DNA of 62,162 nucleotides, filler included, from Ionaspis alba (Eukaryota): NCBI GenBank assembly GCA_964255285.1. It is 7 parts of 7 records of this genome, joined end to end, with 100 filler letters (N's around TTAATTAATTAA, not from the genome) between each part and the next. Parts side by side here need not be neighbours in the genome. Positions count along the whole stretch, not along the records: positions 17,859 to 26,662 come from CAXUUL010000702.1; positions 26,763 to 35,561 come from CAXUUL010000703.1; positions 35,662 to 44,446 come from CAXUUL010000704.1; 4 more parts are not named here. One strand, 5' to 3'. Shown piece by piece: positions 24,111 to 35,682 of this stretch (position 1 is its first letter; each line of letters starts with the position of its first letter). The notes under the pieces were generated by a model. It saw only the letters and a program-made list of their open reading frames with translations, ran no database searches and was not told where the DNA came from. The position numbers and the translations under genes were made by a program.

Positions 24111-25193
24111 CTAATAGCTTTGGTGGAAGGAGTTCTCTGGCCCTGGTTGCCATATAGGATCCGTCTTGATCTGATGTGCTTTGCCCCACTCACGGATCTT
24201 GTCAAAATTTCGACCTAGACAATACATCAGCTACGCTGTCTTTGGCAACTTCGTCGAGGAAAAGACTCACACGTATGAGTGACTTCCAGCCTCGGCAATG
24301 GAATAGCTCGAGGCTCAAACCATCGCCAGTATACTGTTGCGACGTCGCCATGACACATAATTGATTGTCTGATAGCATCCACGCAGTGATCTGCGTCGGC
24401 AACATGTCAGCTTTTGTTCTTTATAATAAAAAGTTGGAGGTCGCACCCAGATGCTTTGCATCAATGCTCGTATAGTTCCTCATTGCCCTGGCAGGCGGTG
24501 ATCGATCGGCAATAAAATAGTCATCGAATGTGTCCCAGTATCTTTCCGGATACATAGCTTTTCGAATAGAATTGAGACAATGCAGCTGGTGGAAGACGTC
24601 TAGCTCAACTATGTACTGAGAGTCCTCTGTATCGGGAATGAGCTCGGTAGCATTTGGAAGTAGACGAGCTTGAGAGTAAGGGATCTGGGAGACACCGACT
24701 GAAAATCGTTAACCGAGAGAAGAGCAGAACATACGCTGAGAAACTGACAGTTGTAGAGGTCCTCCCAGAGAGCATCTGTTTCGTCGGTTGGCATGCCACC
24801 GTCTGGAAGCTCGATATCTCTGCCCATGTAACGACCTTTGGTAGCGAAGTTCTCTTCGAAAACTCTGGTCTCATACTCGATAACGCTTTGTGCCGGTGCT
24901 TTGGACGTAAATGTCAGTCAGCCTGGTGATAGTCTGTGCGATATATGGGGTGGCGGCTGAGTGAACATACAATAGATCCTCTGACTTAGGTCTCGGCATT
25001 CTCGAGATCTATCAAGGAGCGATAGATATGTCACAGTCAAGGCACCAACAAAGCAGTAGAGTAGGAAGATATGTAGAATAACATGGACGCGGTAGTTGCG
25101 TTTCTTAGGCAGACCCTGTGCTGGAACTTCTTTGGGGAGAAGAGTATCTTCGCACTCGACGGCCGAGTCAACATCTTCTTCGTTGAGATTCAT
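24111..25193 (-). CDS. DUF3328 / UstYa-family oxidase, multi-exon
   Basis: N-terminal TM helix. Spliced reading gives LDVFHQLHCLNSIRK..KHL|DHCVDAIRQSIMCHGD..THT|CRNFDKIREW, with both HxxHC motifs intact. Confidence 0.93.
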
Positions 25194-26309
25194 GACAACA
25201 ATTTTGGGAGGTGTAGAGCTCGACTTGGTCGAGTGAATGTTTTGCAAGCAGGGCAGAGGATTCAAGAACAAAAAGCATTCGTGCTGGAGCTTGTGAGGGA
25301 AATAGCCCGCACTAGGAATTGGGACTTTTGCTTCATTGGACACCTCCAGCTAAGCATCATCACACGGAACAAAGGCAGGCAGCAGAGGTAAGTTCGTTGG
25401 TCCAGCCCGGCACGCTGAAAGAAAGAATTGGGGAGCAATACGTGGTACACACTCGTGGATCTTAAATGTTGGCAAGAGTAGGCTGAGGAGGATATGTAAT
25501 GACGACCAGGCTACTATGAGTAAACACAGAGGCTGAATTCAACAAAGAGATGGGAAAGTCAAATTGATTCATGAGACTGGTACACAAGCACATTGAGTAC
25601 AGCAGTCAAGGTCGAAACTTTTACCTAACTTCTCTCAGCCATCCAACAAGGAACACGACTTGTTCTCCGCACAGTCCTCATAACTCTCATAGGAGCCCCA
25701 CACTTGTAGAGAAGAGCAAGTTTTACACCATGGATTGATATGACAGAAATTGTCAGGGAAGCGGTTTCGGTGTAACCAACCATCTCGTGTAGCATCAGAT
25801 CAAAGTTTCGGGCAAATAAAGCCAGCTGGAAGTCCGAGCCACTCATATCTGGGATCCAAGAAGTGTTCAATGTCGTAACACGGTCTGTCAGTACTTGGAG
25901 ATGTGTTCAACGATATAGTTCACCATAGTCCAGTTGTACAAATGATTGTGCCACTATAGAATGAAGGAACCATTAAAGAAAGTCTAAACACCGAAGTTAA
26001 GGTTGTAGGCACGGAGAAGGACGCCGGAAGTTCTCCAGAGCACACCGAATGGTACTGCTTGAAGCAACAACAGCAATTGCAGACTTCATACCTAGCACAT
26101 GAATCTTGAGACAAAGAAAATTCAATGAATCATTTCCACTATCCTCCCTCAAGCAACCTGTATTACTGCTCTCGAACATCCTTGAGTAGCACAATAGTGG
26201 CCGTAGAACATATTGGACGTAGATCTGGTCCGTTTGTGATCTGAAACTCGGAAGTTCGTCCTGTCCGACTTCGAGACAGACAATATCTCTCCGGGCCTCG
26301 ATCGTCAAG

Positions 26310-26317
26310 TATAAAAG
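26310..26317 (+). promoter_or_regulatory. TATA box
   Basis: TATAAAAG about 120 nt upstream of ATG 26434. Confidence 0.55.
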
Positions 26318-26433
26318 GAAGACACCCCCATATCTGCTCTAAGTATCCATCCAACTCATCCTGACCTTTCTTTCTTTTGACCACTCACAAACCTATAGCC
26401 TTTGTCAAAGTACCCCAAGTCCATCAAATCAAC

Positions 26434-26662
26434 ATGAAGACCGCCACAGCAATCCTTGCCTTTACGGCCTTCGCCAGCGTCATAATGGCCATTCCTGCCG
26501 GTAAGTGGAGCGAAAACAGATGCCGCCACGTATGGCACTTTGCTGATGGGCTGTTAGATCCGGCCAAACGTTCCGAGGCTGTCAAAGAGGTGAATTTTTC
26601 TGGAAACATTTTCCCCGGACATCAACCAGCTGACAACCATTTTTTCCTGCCTAGGAGCTCGA
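26434..26662 (+). CDS. Secreted peptide precursor (signal peptide plus KR), 5' part only; candidate KEP/dikaritin precursor
   Basis: Exons 26434-26500, 26558-26589 and 26655 onward with GT-AG introns give MKTATAILAFTAFASVIMAIPA-DPAKRSEAVKE-EL(D/E). Truncated at scaffold end. Confidence 0.75.
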
Positions 26663-26762
26663 NNNNNNNNNNNNNNNNNNNNNNNNNNNNNNNNNNNNNN
26701 NNNNNNTTAATTAATTAANNNNNNNNNNNNNNNNNNNNNNNNNNNNNNNNNNNNNNNNNNNN
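26663..26762. other. Artificial scaffold linker
   Basis: N44-TTAATTAATTAA-N44. Confidence 0.98.
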
Positions 26763-26782
26763 TTACTACTTGCGGAAAAGAC

Positions 26783-28507
26783 CTACGATTTCCTGGATGC
26801 ATGAGCTTCTAGTTCATCGAGTAGCTGCACTGTCTCTGCTGGGCTTGCTATCCAGGCAGTTGTGCACGCCAGTCTTGCCTGGAAAAGCTTTAGCCAAATT
26901 GAGCGTGATTGCGAGCAGTGGAGTTTGTACCTTGAAGTCATTCGCACCGGCAGAGAGGAATTGATCACCCACATGCAGTGTTTTGCTCCCTTCAATACCA
27001 CCGAGATAGTTCTGGCAGGCTAGAACTCCCCAGGACTTGTCTCCGATATCAACAAAGATATCATTACCTCCTGAAAAAATACACGTTAGCTGCAGAGTAC
27101 CTGGTAGGACTATGTGTGTAGCAATGTCATTCCTGAGACTTTGCCGGTGATGATTAATATGGAAGGCGCTGACCATTGAATGCACAAAATGGCAGAGTCT
27201 TTCCTGGTGGAGACATTTCAACGATCTGCTGCGTTACGAGTACTGTTTCCTCTAGCTGTTCCCGCGTGAACTTCCGCGCATCTGGCCCTTGGCGCGGTAT
27301 AATTCCCACGGCTCTTTCTTTTCGCAGTATATCAGCAGACAGACCAAGGTTGTTGATGCACTCGCGAAGTGCTCCTTCCGCCACATCCAAAAGTGCGGTG
27401 ACACGAGCTTCTGTCCACGACTTCATCTCATCCAGCATCCAGGTCGACCTGGAAATGTACTTCAACAGATGCTCGCAAGACCTGTGGAAGACAAATAGGT
27501 AGTTGCTTTCCCCACCGAGTATAACCAAAACAGGATTCGAGAGTTCTGCGTTCTCTTCAGCACTTTTGATGGCTTCCAACAGACCGAATAGCCGCTCATA
27601 GTACTTGGAAGCATCGGTATACCCTGCCGCCGTGACGATCCCAACCTTGGTGCCCTGCGCGAGGAGTCTGAGAATTCTTCCGATCACCGGGTTGTCCGGA
27701 GTCAGACACTGGCCATCGTCGTATAGAGTCACGTCTCCGTCGAAGGTCACGAGTTGAAGGGGTCCATCACGAACTAAGCTCATAACTTGAGCAGTATTGA
27801 GGGTCAGACGAATGTCATTAAATGATGGCGGCACGAAGCGGCGTGAACTGATCTTCCGTTGATCGTCTTGATACTCGAAAGCATCTGCTAGGAGCAGCGG
27901 AGTGAAGAAGACTCCTACCGAAGGCACGAGCAACTTTAGCTTCGAACGAGCTTGGGTCCCTCTCTTTTGGTGCGCAACTGTGGGAGAAGTCACTATGTAG
28001 TCTTAGGACATAAGTAGTAAGCTTACTATGGTCGTTAATCATATTCTCAATGTCTCTCATAATCTCTGCATATCGTCGACGCGCTGTTGGCGCCATGTCC
28101 GCAATGACATCCCCATGGTCCTCGTACGCCGCAGCTGGTTGCGAATGGAGGACGAAAGGGACTGCCAGTAGTCCCTAAGACGTAGGCAACAATCGTCAAC
28201 GACTGCAAATCCTCTACCAGATGAGGAATCTCCTATCAACGAACAAACCTTGATCCATTCTATCTGCAGGTCAATGGATATTAGTCCCTCATTGATGGTG
28301 CATCATAGAGGATCTGCGCACCAGTTGATCCCTACGATGGGTCTACAGAGCAGTGTTTGTTTTTCAGCATATCAATCGTATATTCCTTAGTCCCTTGAAG
28401 TGGCTGACCTTTAGGGCATCTGTTAGGGTTAGCGCTGGGATGGAGTAGGCTGCAAGGCAGAGCTAAGATATGGCTGCCGAACATTCTACGCGGTATCTGG
28501 TTGTCAT
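26783..28507 (-). CDS. ISN1: IMP-specific 5'-nucleotidase, multi-exon
   Basis: MTTRYRVE, GLLAVPFVL, SRRFVPPSFNDIR, TFDGDVTLYDDG, FCAFNG, DIGDKSWGV and LHVGDQF. Confidence 0.95.
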
Positions 28508-29532
28508 GTTTCCCAGCATGCACAGATTTGCTATGATCCAAGAGAAACGTCGAAGGCCCTGGTCATACTCTAATGCGTGTGCCTTCCGGTCATCAAGTGC
28601 TTTCGCGATAAGGCTAATTGAGGTTATCGAGTGAAACGCGTTCCACGTTGCGAATCCAGTTGATGCCTCCGACTGCCGATGGGTTCGCTGCCCGAACTGG
28701 AAGGTAGAGGTACTTATAGGTAACGCCAAGTCCTCAGGTGAGGCTGGAGATCACTAAGACACGCATGGAAGGAGTATACCTAATTCCTCACCGTGTCCTC
28801 GATTTTCATGTGTTGAGGGAGTCACTAGCACGAACGCGTGAGGCTTGTCGTCAAGGCCGACGCAACGCAACGTGACCGATCCTCAACCCCTCATTTTCCT
28901 AATTTCCGCTTCCATCAACAGTCATCAGCACTCCGCCTTGTGAGTCACATCGATTGACCACTCATTCTGCATTTGAACCGAGTCTGTCAACATATGCTGT
29001 TGGTACTATCTTTACAAGGCGTCTGACCACCCAGTCTTGTGCATATAGCCCATCCCAGTGAAGCCGTCCTGCCATTCGTCAATCAACCTAGACCGCCCAT
29101 AATTCTGTCCATGAGAAACTCATTCCATGACCGTTCTGTGCATGGTAGACCGCGGCTTATGAGTCTTCATACTCGCACTCACGTAACCTTGAATTGACTT
29201 CGTCAGATCCTAGATATACGCAACGAGGGCAAAACCATGTGGCTTTGCCTGGAACGCCGCCTGCCTGCCTGCGGTGCTGGTTTTTCGTATAAGATGGATG
29301 CCTAAGGTCCTGAATTTCTCTTCACGCATAATTCCTAAGTCTTAAGTCTCAGCTGCAATTTTCTGTCCCAATGTTATAATCAGGTGTGTTTTTCTCGCAC
29401 CTGCTTCTCTCTGTCAGGTTTCTTGTACTCTCTGGTCCACTACCGCTATCAATCACGCTACGTTTTTCATACAACCATCCTGGCAACACAGAAACCTCAA
29501 AGCCACCCACGTCCGCATCACAGGTCTTCTCG

Positions 29533-30462
29533 ATGTCTCAAGCAGGATCTCAGAATGCGAGCATCCACTCCCGTGAGGATCTACCCCCTTATACCACTCG
29601 CAGCTCGCAAAGCGACTTCACAAAAGACTTTGAAGTAAAGGTCAACCAGGAGATGGGTTACTCTGGTACACCGGATACCGAGACACTCATCATCCCACCT
29701 ACCGCTACGTCGCCCGGATACGCTGAAGAGTCAGTGCTCGTGCGTGGCCTGCAGGTCCCGGCAAAGTCAAGCTACGTCACATCCGGCTTCAAGTATCCTT
29801 CCGTACTCGCCCGAGCTGGGGTCACCAAACAATCATGGACCTCTTTCACGAACGAGATCAAGCATCATGCAGATCTTAGTGCAACGCAATGGATGACAAC
29901 CATCGGCGGAGCCATGGGGGCTCTCGTCGTGGGGAACATGATGGTTGGCTTCTTTGGCCTCGTGCCATCTGCCATCGTGGGACACAAGATGCGAAAGAAG
30001 CGCGAGCATCTCAACTTCATCGAGGCAAGCCGTAGCGGTGCCCTCATGCAATGCGTCCAGCGCTGGAACGAGGTATACTTCAAGCCAAGGAGATTGGTCG
30101 TCCGAGTCGATGTTCCGGGCGAGTCTGAAGACATGGCCTCGATGGATGTCTCTACTAGCAAAGAATTTCAGCAACGGGCAGCTTCAGTGAATGTTGCTTC
30201 ATCTGCGGCAAGCGGTGGAGGTCGCTCTGTCAATTCTGGATACTCTGATGAACAAGTCGAAGAAGGTCGAATCAGGATGAAGGCAGCGCGGAGAGGTAGA
30301 ATCGTCATCATTCCTCTCGATGCACGAAACTCTAGGTCCTCGAGCCCTCCAGACTCGGAGCAGCGTGCAAGACTCTCCGAAGAGGCAGAAACGGGGGATA
30401 CTCCCGAAAGTGGGAGGGAGGTGGATAACGGCGATGTGTCGATGTTTCGTTTGGATGCTTAG
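29533..30462 (+). CDS. Hypothetical fungal protein with a central hydrophobic segment
   Basis: About 309-aa ORF from MSQAGSQ, with LPPY motif, GFKYP..L..AGVT..W..F and RWNEVYFKPR. Confidence 0.75.
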   Translation: MSQAGSQNASIHSREDLPPYTTRSSQSDFTKDFEVKVNQEMGYSGTPDTETLIIPPTATSPGYAEESVLVRGLQVPAKSSYVTSGFKYPSVLARAGVTKQSWTSFTNEIKHHADLSATQWMTTIGGAMGALVVGNMMVGFFGLVPSAIVGHKMRKKREHLNFIEASRSGALMQCVQRWNEVYFKPRRLVVRVDVPGESEDMASMDVSTSKEFQQRAASVNVASSAASGGGRSVNSGYSDEQVEEGRIRMKAARRGRIVIIPLDARNSRSSSPPDSEQRARLSEEAETGDTPESGREVDNGDVSMFRLDA

Positions 30463-30772
30463 CAAATTTTCTTGGAGTGCAGGACTAAGCTTTCATTTGT
30501 TTATTTTCCGTTTGGCTGCTTACCAAGATGGCTTGGATGCAGGAGCAAAGCTTGCATACCTACAGCCATGATCTCGTATCTTTCTTCATTTTCCTTTGGA
30601 TTTGGCCCCGGGCTTGTTCAGTNNNNNNNNNNNNNNNNNNNNNNNNNNNNNNNNNNNNNNNNNNNNNNNNNNNNNNNNNNNNNNNNNNNNNNNNNNNNNN
30701 NNNNNNNNNNNNNNNNNNNNNNCCCTGCCAATATGCTCGTGCTACATAAGCTACATCATAGCACAGGAAGTC

Positions 30773-33700
30773 ATGGGCTCGACTTTGCAAGAGTCTCTTG
30801 CAACTGTCACGACTGCATTGAGCTCCAATGTCAGTCGTGCAACGACCAGCATGCTCGCAATCTCGACTGCCACGACATCCCTTGACCAGAATACATCCTC
30901 GACTTCTTTCAGTTGGTTCGTCTTTACACTCATCAGAGGGCTCCCAGGCGTTCTCTATTGGCTTGTTACCTTCCTCTCCATAACTCTGCCAACATGGCTC
31001 TTCACGTTATTCTCGACGAGCTTGACATTCACAATGAATGCCACTACGTTGTAAGTGCAATACCAGATGTGTCATATGTGTATGCTTACATCCGAGCAGA
31101 ATGCTCATTGTGCTCGTGTTTGCCTCCACGATAAGCTGGGTGGTACGCTATCGATTCCTAAATATGTATGCGCGACTCCCACCAGAACCTCAACGCAAGG
31201 AGCCGCAGATCGAACTGTTCCCCGATACTCAAGAGGGAGATTCGAAGCCTGGCCTGGCAAATTACTTGGATGAGTTTCTAAGCGCTATCAAAGTGTTTGG
31301 GTACCTCGAAAGGCCGGTCTTCCACGAGTTGACGCGTACGATGCAAACGAGGAAGCTTATTGCTGGAGAAACACTGCTACTGGAGGAAGAGAAAGGGTTT
31401 TGCTTGGTCGTGGACGGTCTTGTGCAGATTTTTGTCAAATCGAACAGGGACAGCAGGATCTTGGACGGAGATTCTTGGATGAACGGTGGTGGCCATTCTT
31501 ATGAGGAGGAAGACGATCAACGGGATGGTCATCAGGGATACCAGCTGTTGACAGAGGTGAAGAACGGGGCACCGATGTCCTCTCTGTTCTCCATCCTTTC
31601 TCTCTTCACGGAAGATGTAAAACTACGTCATGATGAGGACGATACGGGAATGGGTTCGAGCTCTTCTAGTGCCGGATTTCTCAGTGGCATGACTCCAGAC
31701 TCTGCGCCTGGTAGTCCTATGAAACTTTCAGAGAATAGACCGCAATCAGCCCGACAACGTGGCCGCCAATCGTCAACCGCAGCTGCGGATGGTCAGTTAC
31801 CAAATGTACCGCCCCTGTTTCTAGATTCGAATGCGGATCATCGGGACAACTTGCGACCTGAACACCGGCAACAGCACTCTCACAGGAGAACTCATCGACA
31901 GAAGTCGGTGCATCCTGACATCGTAGCCCGCGCCACCATCGATACGACGATTGCCATCATTCCAGCCACAGCCTTCCGACGATTGACGAGGGTATATCCC
32001 AAAGCGACGGCACACATCGTCCAAGTCATCCTGACTCGCCTTCAGCGGGTTACGCTCGCTACCGCACACTCCTACCTCGGCTTGACCTCCGAGGTGCTTA
32101 GGACTGAGAAGCATATGGACAGATATACTACGTACGATTTACCAAACCACCTTCGGGGAGCTGCATTAGAACGGCTGAAGGACAAATTCAAGCGTGAAAA
32201 GGAGCGAGTGGACTCTGTTGAGGAAGGGATGAAAGGTATAGCCTTACATAATCCGAATGCCGGGCGAAGGCGTCGATCAAGCAGTAATCTACGGAGAGAT
32301 TTATTGGCCCAAGCTACATCGGGCATAAGTCCCATGACTACTAGGACACCACATTTCAACCAAACTACTACCCCTGAGCAACGATCTGGGGTGAGTGCTG
32401 GCGATCTTCTGACGAACCTTCATGCATCCCGATTCGGAAGCCGGCAGCCGACCATATCAACACAAGAGCAGTCCGAGCGTCATCCGTTGACCGCTCCGTC
32501 AAGAGATGCCACAAGTCCGCTCGGCAGAATTGAACATTCTCCTTTCCTTCCATCTCCAGCAGGTCTGCATTTGCAAAGGCAGAACTCAGTAGATGAAGAT
32601 GATTTGTTCCGTGAATCCATACTTGCTTGTATGACGAAAGCCATTGGGCTCACAAACGTCAAGAATGCTTTCAAGCAGCCGACAGAGTCAATCGAACAGT
32701 CGCCGAGACTTGTTTCGTACGATAGCCGTCGGCAAGTGGCTACTTTTACAAATGCCTTTGGGTTCATCGATCCCTATGAAGGCTCCGGAGATGGTGATGC
32801 GGAATCCGGAACATCCGCTTCTGGTGTCAGTGCCGGAGGTTCTAGCTTTGGGGCGCCAATGTTCAATAAAGAACTTACCGACGACGTAGAGATTGTGTAT
32901 TTCCCCAAAGGCTCAGTGCTTGTTGAACAGGGCGAGCGAAACCCCGGACTTTATTACGTGATTGATGGGTTCCTCGACGTCAGCATACCTGCTGAAGACA
33001 AGAGTGGTGATCAACACTCTACTGCACCAAGAAGCTCCACCGCTCACACCTCGGAAGATCTACTACCGCCACTTGCCAAATCAGGTGGTAGTGCTTCTTC
33101 GCAGGCTTCTTCTGTGCTAGGGACTTCTAGTGGTGCCAAGAAGAGAATGCAGTCTCGCAAGAGCTTGTTCATGATCAAGCCTGGAGGCCTGGCAGGATAC
33201 GTTGGAACCATTTCCTCGTATCGATCCTTCATAGATGTCAGGGCCAAGACAGACGTCTATGTTGGTTTTCTTCCACGAGCATCTGTCGAAAGGATTGTCG
33301 AGAAGTACCCGGTGGTTCTATTGACCATGGCGAAACGCCTCACAAGTCTACTGCCTCGTCTGATCTTGCATATCGATTTTGCTTTAGAGTGGGTTCAAGT
33401 TGATGCTGGCGAAGTTATACATCACCAGGGTGACGAGAGCGATGCGATCTACATTGTGCTAAATGGGCGACTTAGAGGGATACTCGAAAAAGCCAAAGGC
33501 GAGATGCAGGTTGTTGGGGAATACGGTCAAGGCGAAAGCGTTGGCGAACTCGAAGTCATGACCGAGTCCGCACGTCCAGCAACACTACATGCAATTAGGG
33601 ACACCGAACTAGCCAAATTTCCGAAGAGTCTTTTCAACAGCCTTGCGCTGGAGCATCCAGGTATCACAATCAAGATCTCTAAAATCATTGCCCAGCGCAT

Positions 33701-35387
33701 GCGGGCATTGATCGAGGATCCGGTCTTCGAGCAAGGGAATGACAAGAATGCTGCTTCACGAAGTAGGAGTGTGAACTCCTCAATCAATCTTCGTACTGTA
33801 GCCATACTGCCCGTTACAGCGGGTGTTCCCGTGGTTGAATTTGGAAGCCGGCTCATGAATGCATTGACTCAGATCGGTGTGGTCAACGGCGTGACCTCGC
33901 TCCATCAGTCTGCAATATTGAATCACTTAGGACGTCATGCTTTCTCTAAGATGGGAAAGCTCAAGCTTTCACAATACCTCGCGGACCTGGAGGAACGGTA
34001 TGGACTTCTATTGTATATCGCCGACACCAATGTCAACTCTCCCTGGACGCAGACTTGCATCACACAAGCTGATTGCATCCTCCTCGTGGGCCTTGCAGAA
34101 GGTTCTCCTTCGATTGGCGAATATGAAAGATTTCTCTTGGGCATGAAGACTACTGCCAGGAAAGAACTAGTTCTGCTGCACGTTGAACGATACTCACCAC
34201 CAGGCCTGACGCGCAAGTGGCTCAGGAATCGTATGTGGGTCAATGGTGGTCACCATCACATTCAGATGGCATTCCGGACAAACGCGGAGCCTGTACATCC
34301 ACAAATCAGGAGATTTGGAACAGCTCTCAAGCAACGCGTTCAAGTACTGCAGGCTGAGATACAGAAGTACACCTCACGTAGGATACGGCAGACACCGCTG
34401 TACTCTGCTGAAACACCATTCAAAGGCGACTTCCACCGATTGGCAAGAAGACTATGTGGCAAGTCAGTGGGTCTTGTTCTCGGCGGCGGCGGAGCTCGAG
34501 GTATATCTCAAGTCGGTGTCATTAGAGCTCTCGAAGAAGCCGGTATCCCGATCGACATCATTGGCGGTACTTCGATCGGAGCTTTTATCGGCGCACTCTA
34601 CGCACGAGACGCAGATGTCGTGCCCATGTACGGCCGAGCCAAGAAATTTGCCGGTCGCATGGGCAGCATGTGGAGGTTCGCTCTTGATCTCACCTATCCC
34701 TCCGCGTCCTACACGACCGGCCACGAATTCAACCGCGGCATCTTCAAGACATTCGGCAACTCGCAGATCGAAGATTTCTGGTTGGAATTCTACTGCAACA
34801 CCACAAACATCAGCAAATCTCGCTCCGAGATCCACAATTCGGGCTATGTCTGGCGCTACGTGCGTGCCTCGATGTCTCTTGCAGGCCTTCTGCCACCTCT
34901 ATGTGATGAAGGAAGTATGCTCTTAGATGGCGGCTATATCGACAATCTGACAGTCGCCCACATGAAGTCCCTGGGCGCAGACGTCATCTTCGCCGTCGAC
35001 GTCGGCTCCCTCGACGACAACATGCCACAAGCCTTTGGTGACTCGCTCTCAGGCGTCTGGGCGCTCGTCAATCGCTGGAATCCCTTCTCGTCCTATCCAA
35101 ACCCGCCCACCCTCTCGGAAATCCAGGCACGCCTTGCCTACGTCAGCAGTGTAGATGCTCTGGAGCAGGCGAAGCAGACTCCAGGTTGTTTGTATATGCG
35201 TCCTCCGATTGATGTGTACGGGACGCTGGAGTTTGCCAAGTTTGATGAGATCTATCAGGTCGGATATGAGTATGGGAAGGAGTTTTTGAGGCAGTTGCGG
35301 GATAAGGGCGTGTTGCCAGGGATGGAAGAGACGGAGGAGAAGAAGCATTTGAGGAGGACGATGGCGCCGAGGAGGGCGAGTGTGTAA
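30773..35387 (+). CDS. NTE1: Lysophospholipase NTE1 (cNMP-binding plus patatin domains)
   Basis: N-terminal TM region, cNMP-binding domains, GGGGARG, GTSIG and DGG. Intron at about 31051-31099. Confidence 0.96.
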
Positions 35388-35561
35388 ACAGTACGTTTGA
35401 GGGCTCGGGGTGTTTTTTGGAGTTGGTTGTTATGATACCCCTTGGGATGATGTGTGTAGTTTGGTTTGCTGCATCTGGATTCTATTCTATATACATAGTA
35501 TTGGCAGGAGTATCGCGCGTTTCGAAGACCGATTCTTCTATCACAGTTTGTCGTACACTCT

Positions 35562-35661
35562 NNNNNNNNNNNNNNNNNNNNNNNNNNNNNNNNNNNNNNN
35601 NNNNNTTAATTAATTAANNNNNNNNNNNNNNNNNNNNNNNNNNNNNNNNNNNNNNNNNNNN
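35562..35661. other. Artificial scaffold linker
   Basis: N44-TTAATTAATTAA-N44. Confidence 0.98.
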
Positions 35662-35682
35662 ACAGGTCTGGACAGTCTACGA

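Noticed and set aside
26763..26785. YYLRKR just after the gap as the core peptide of the precursor
   Set aside because: It is on another scaffold, immediately past the ISN1 stop on the opposite strand. Coincidence.
28422..28432. GTTAGGGTTAG as a telomeric repeat or telomerase template
   Set aside because: It is the CTAAC branch-point region of an ISN1 intron.
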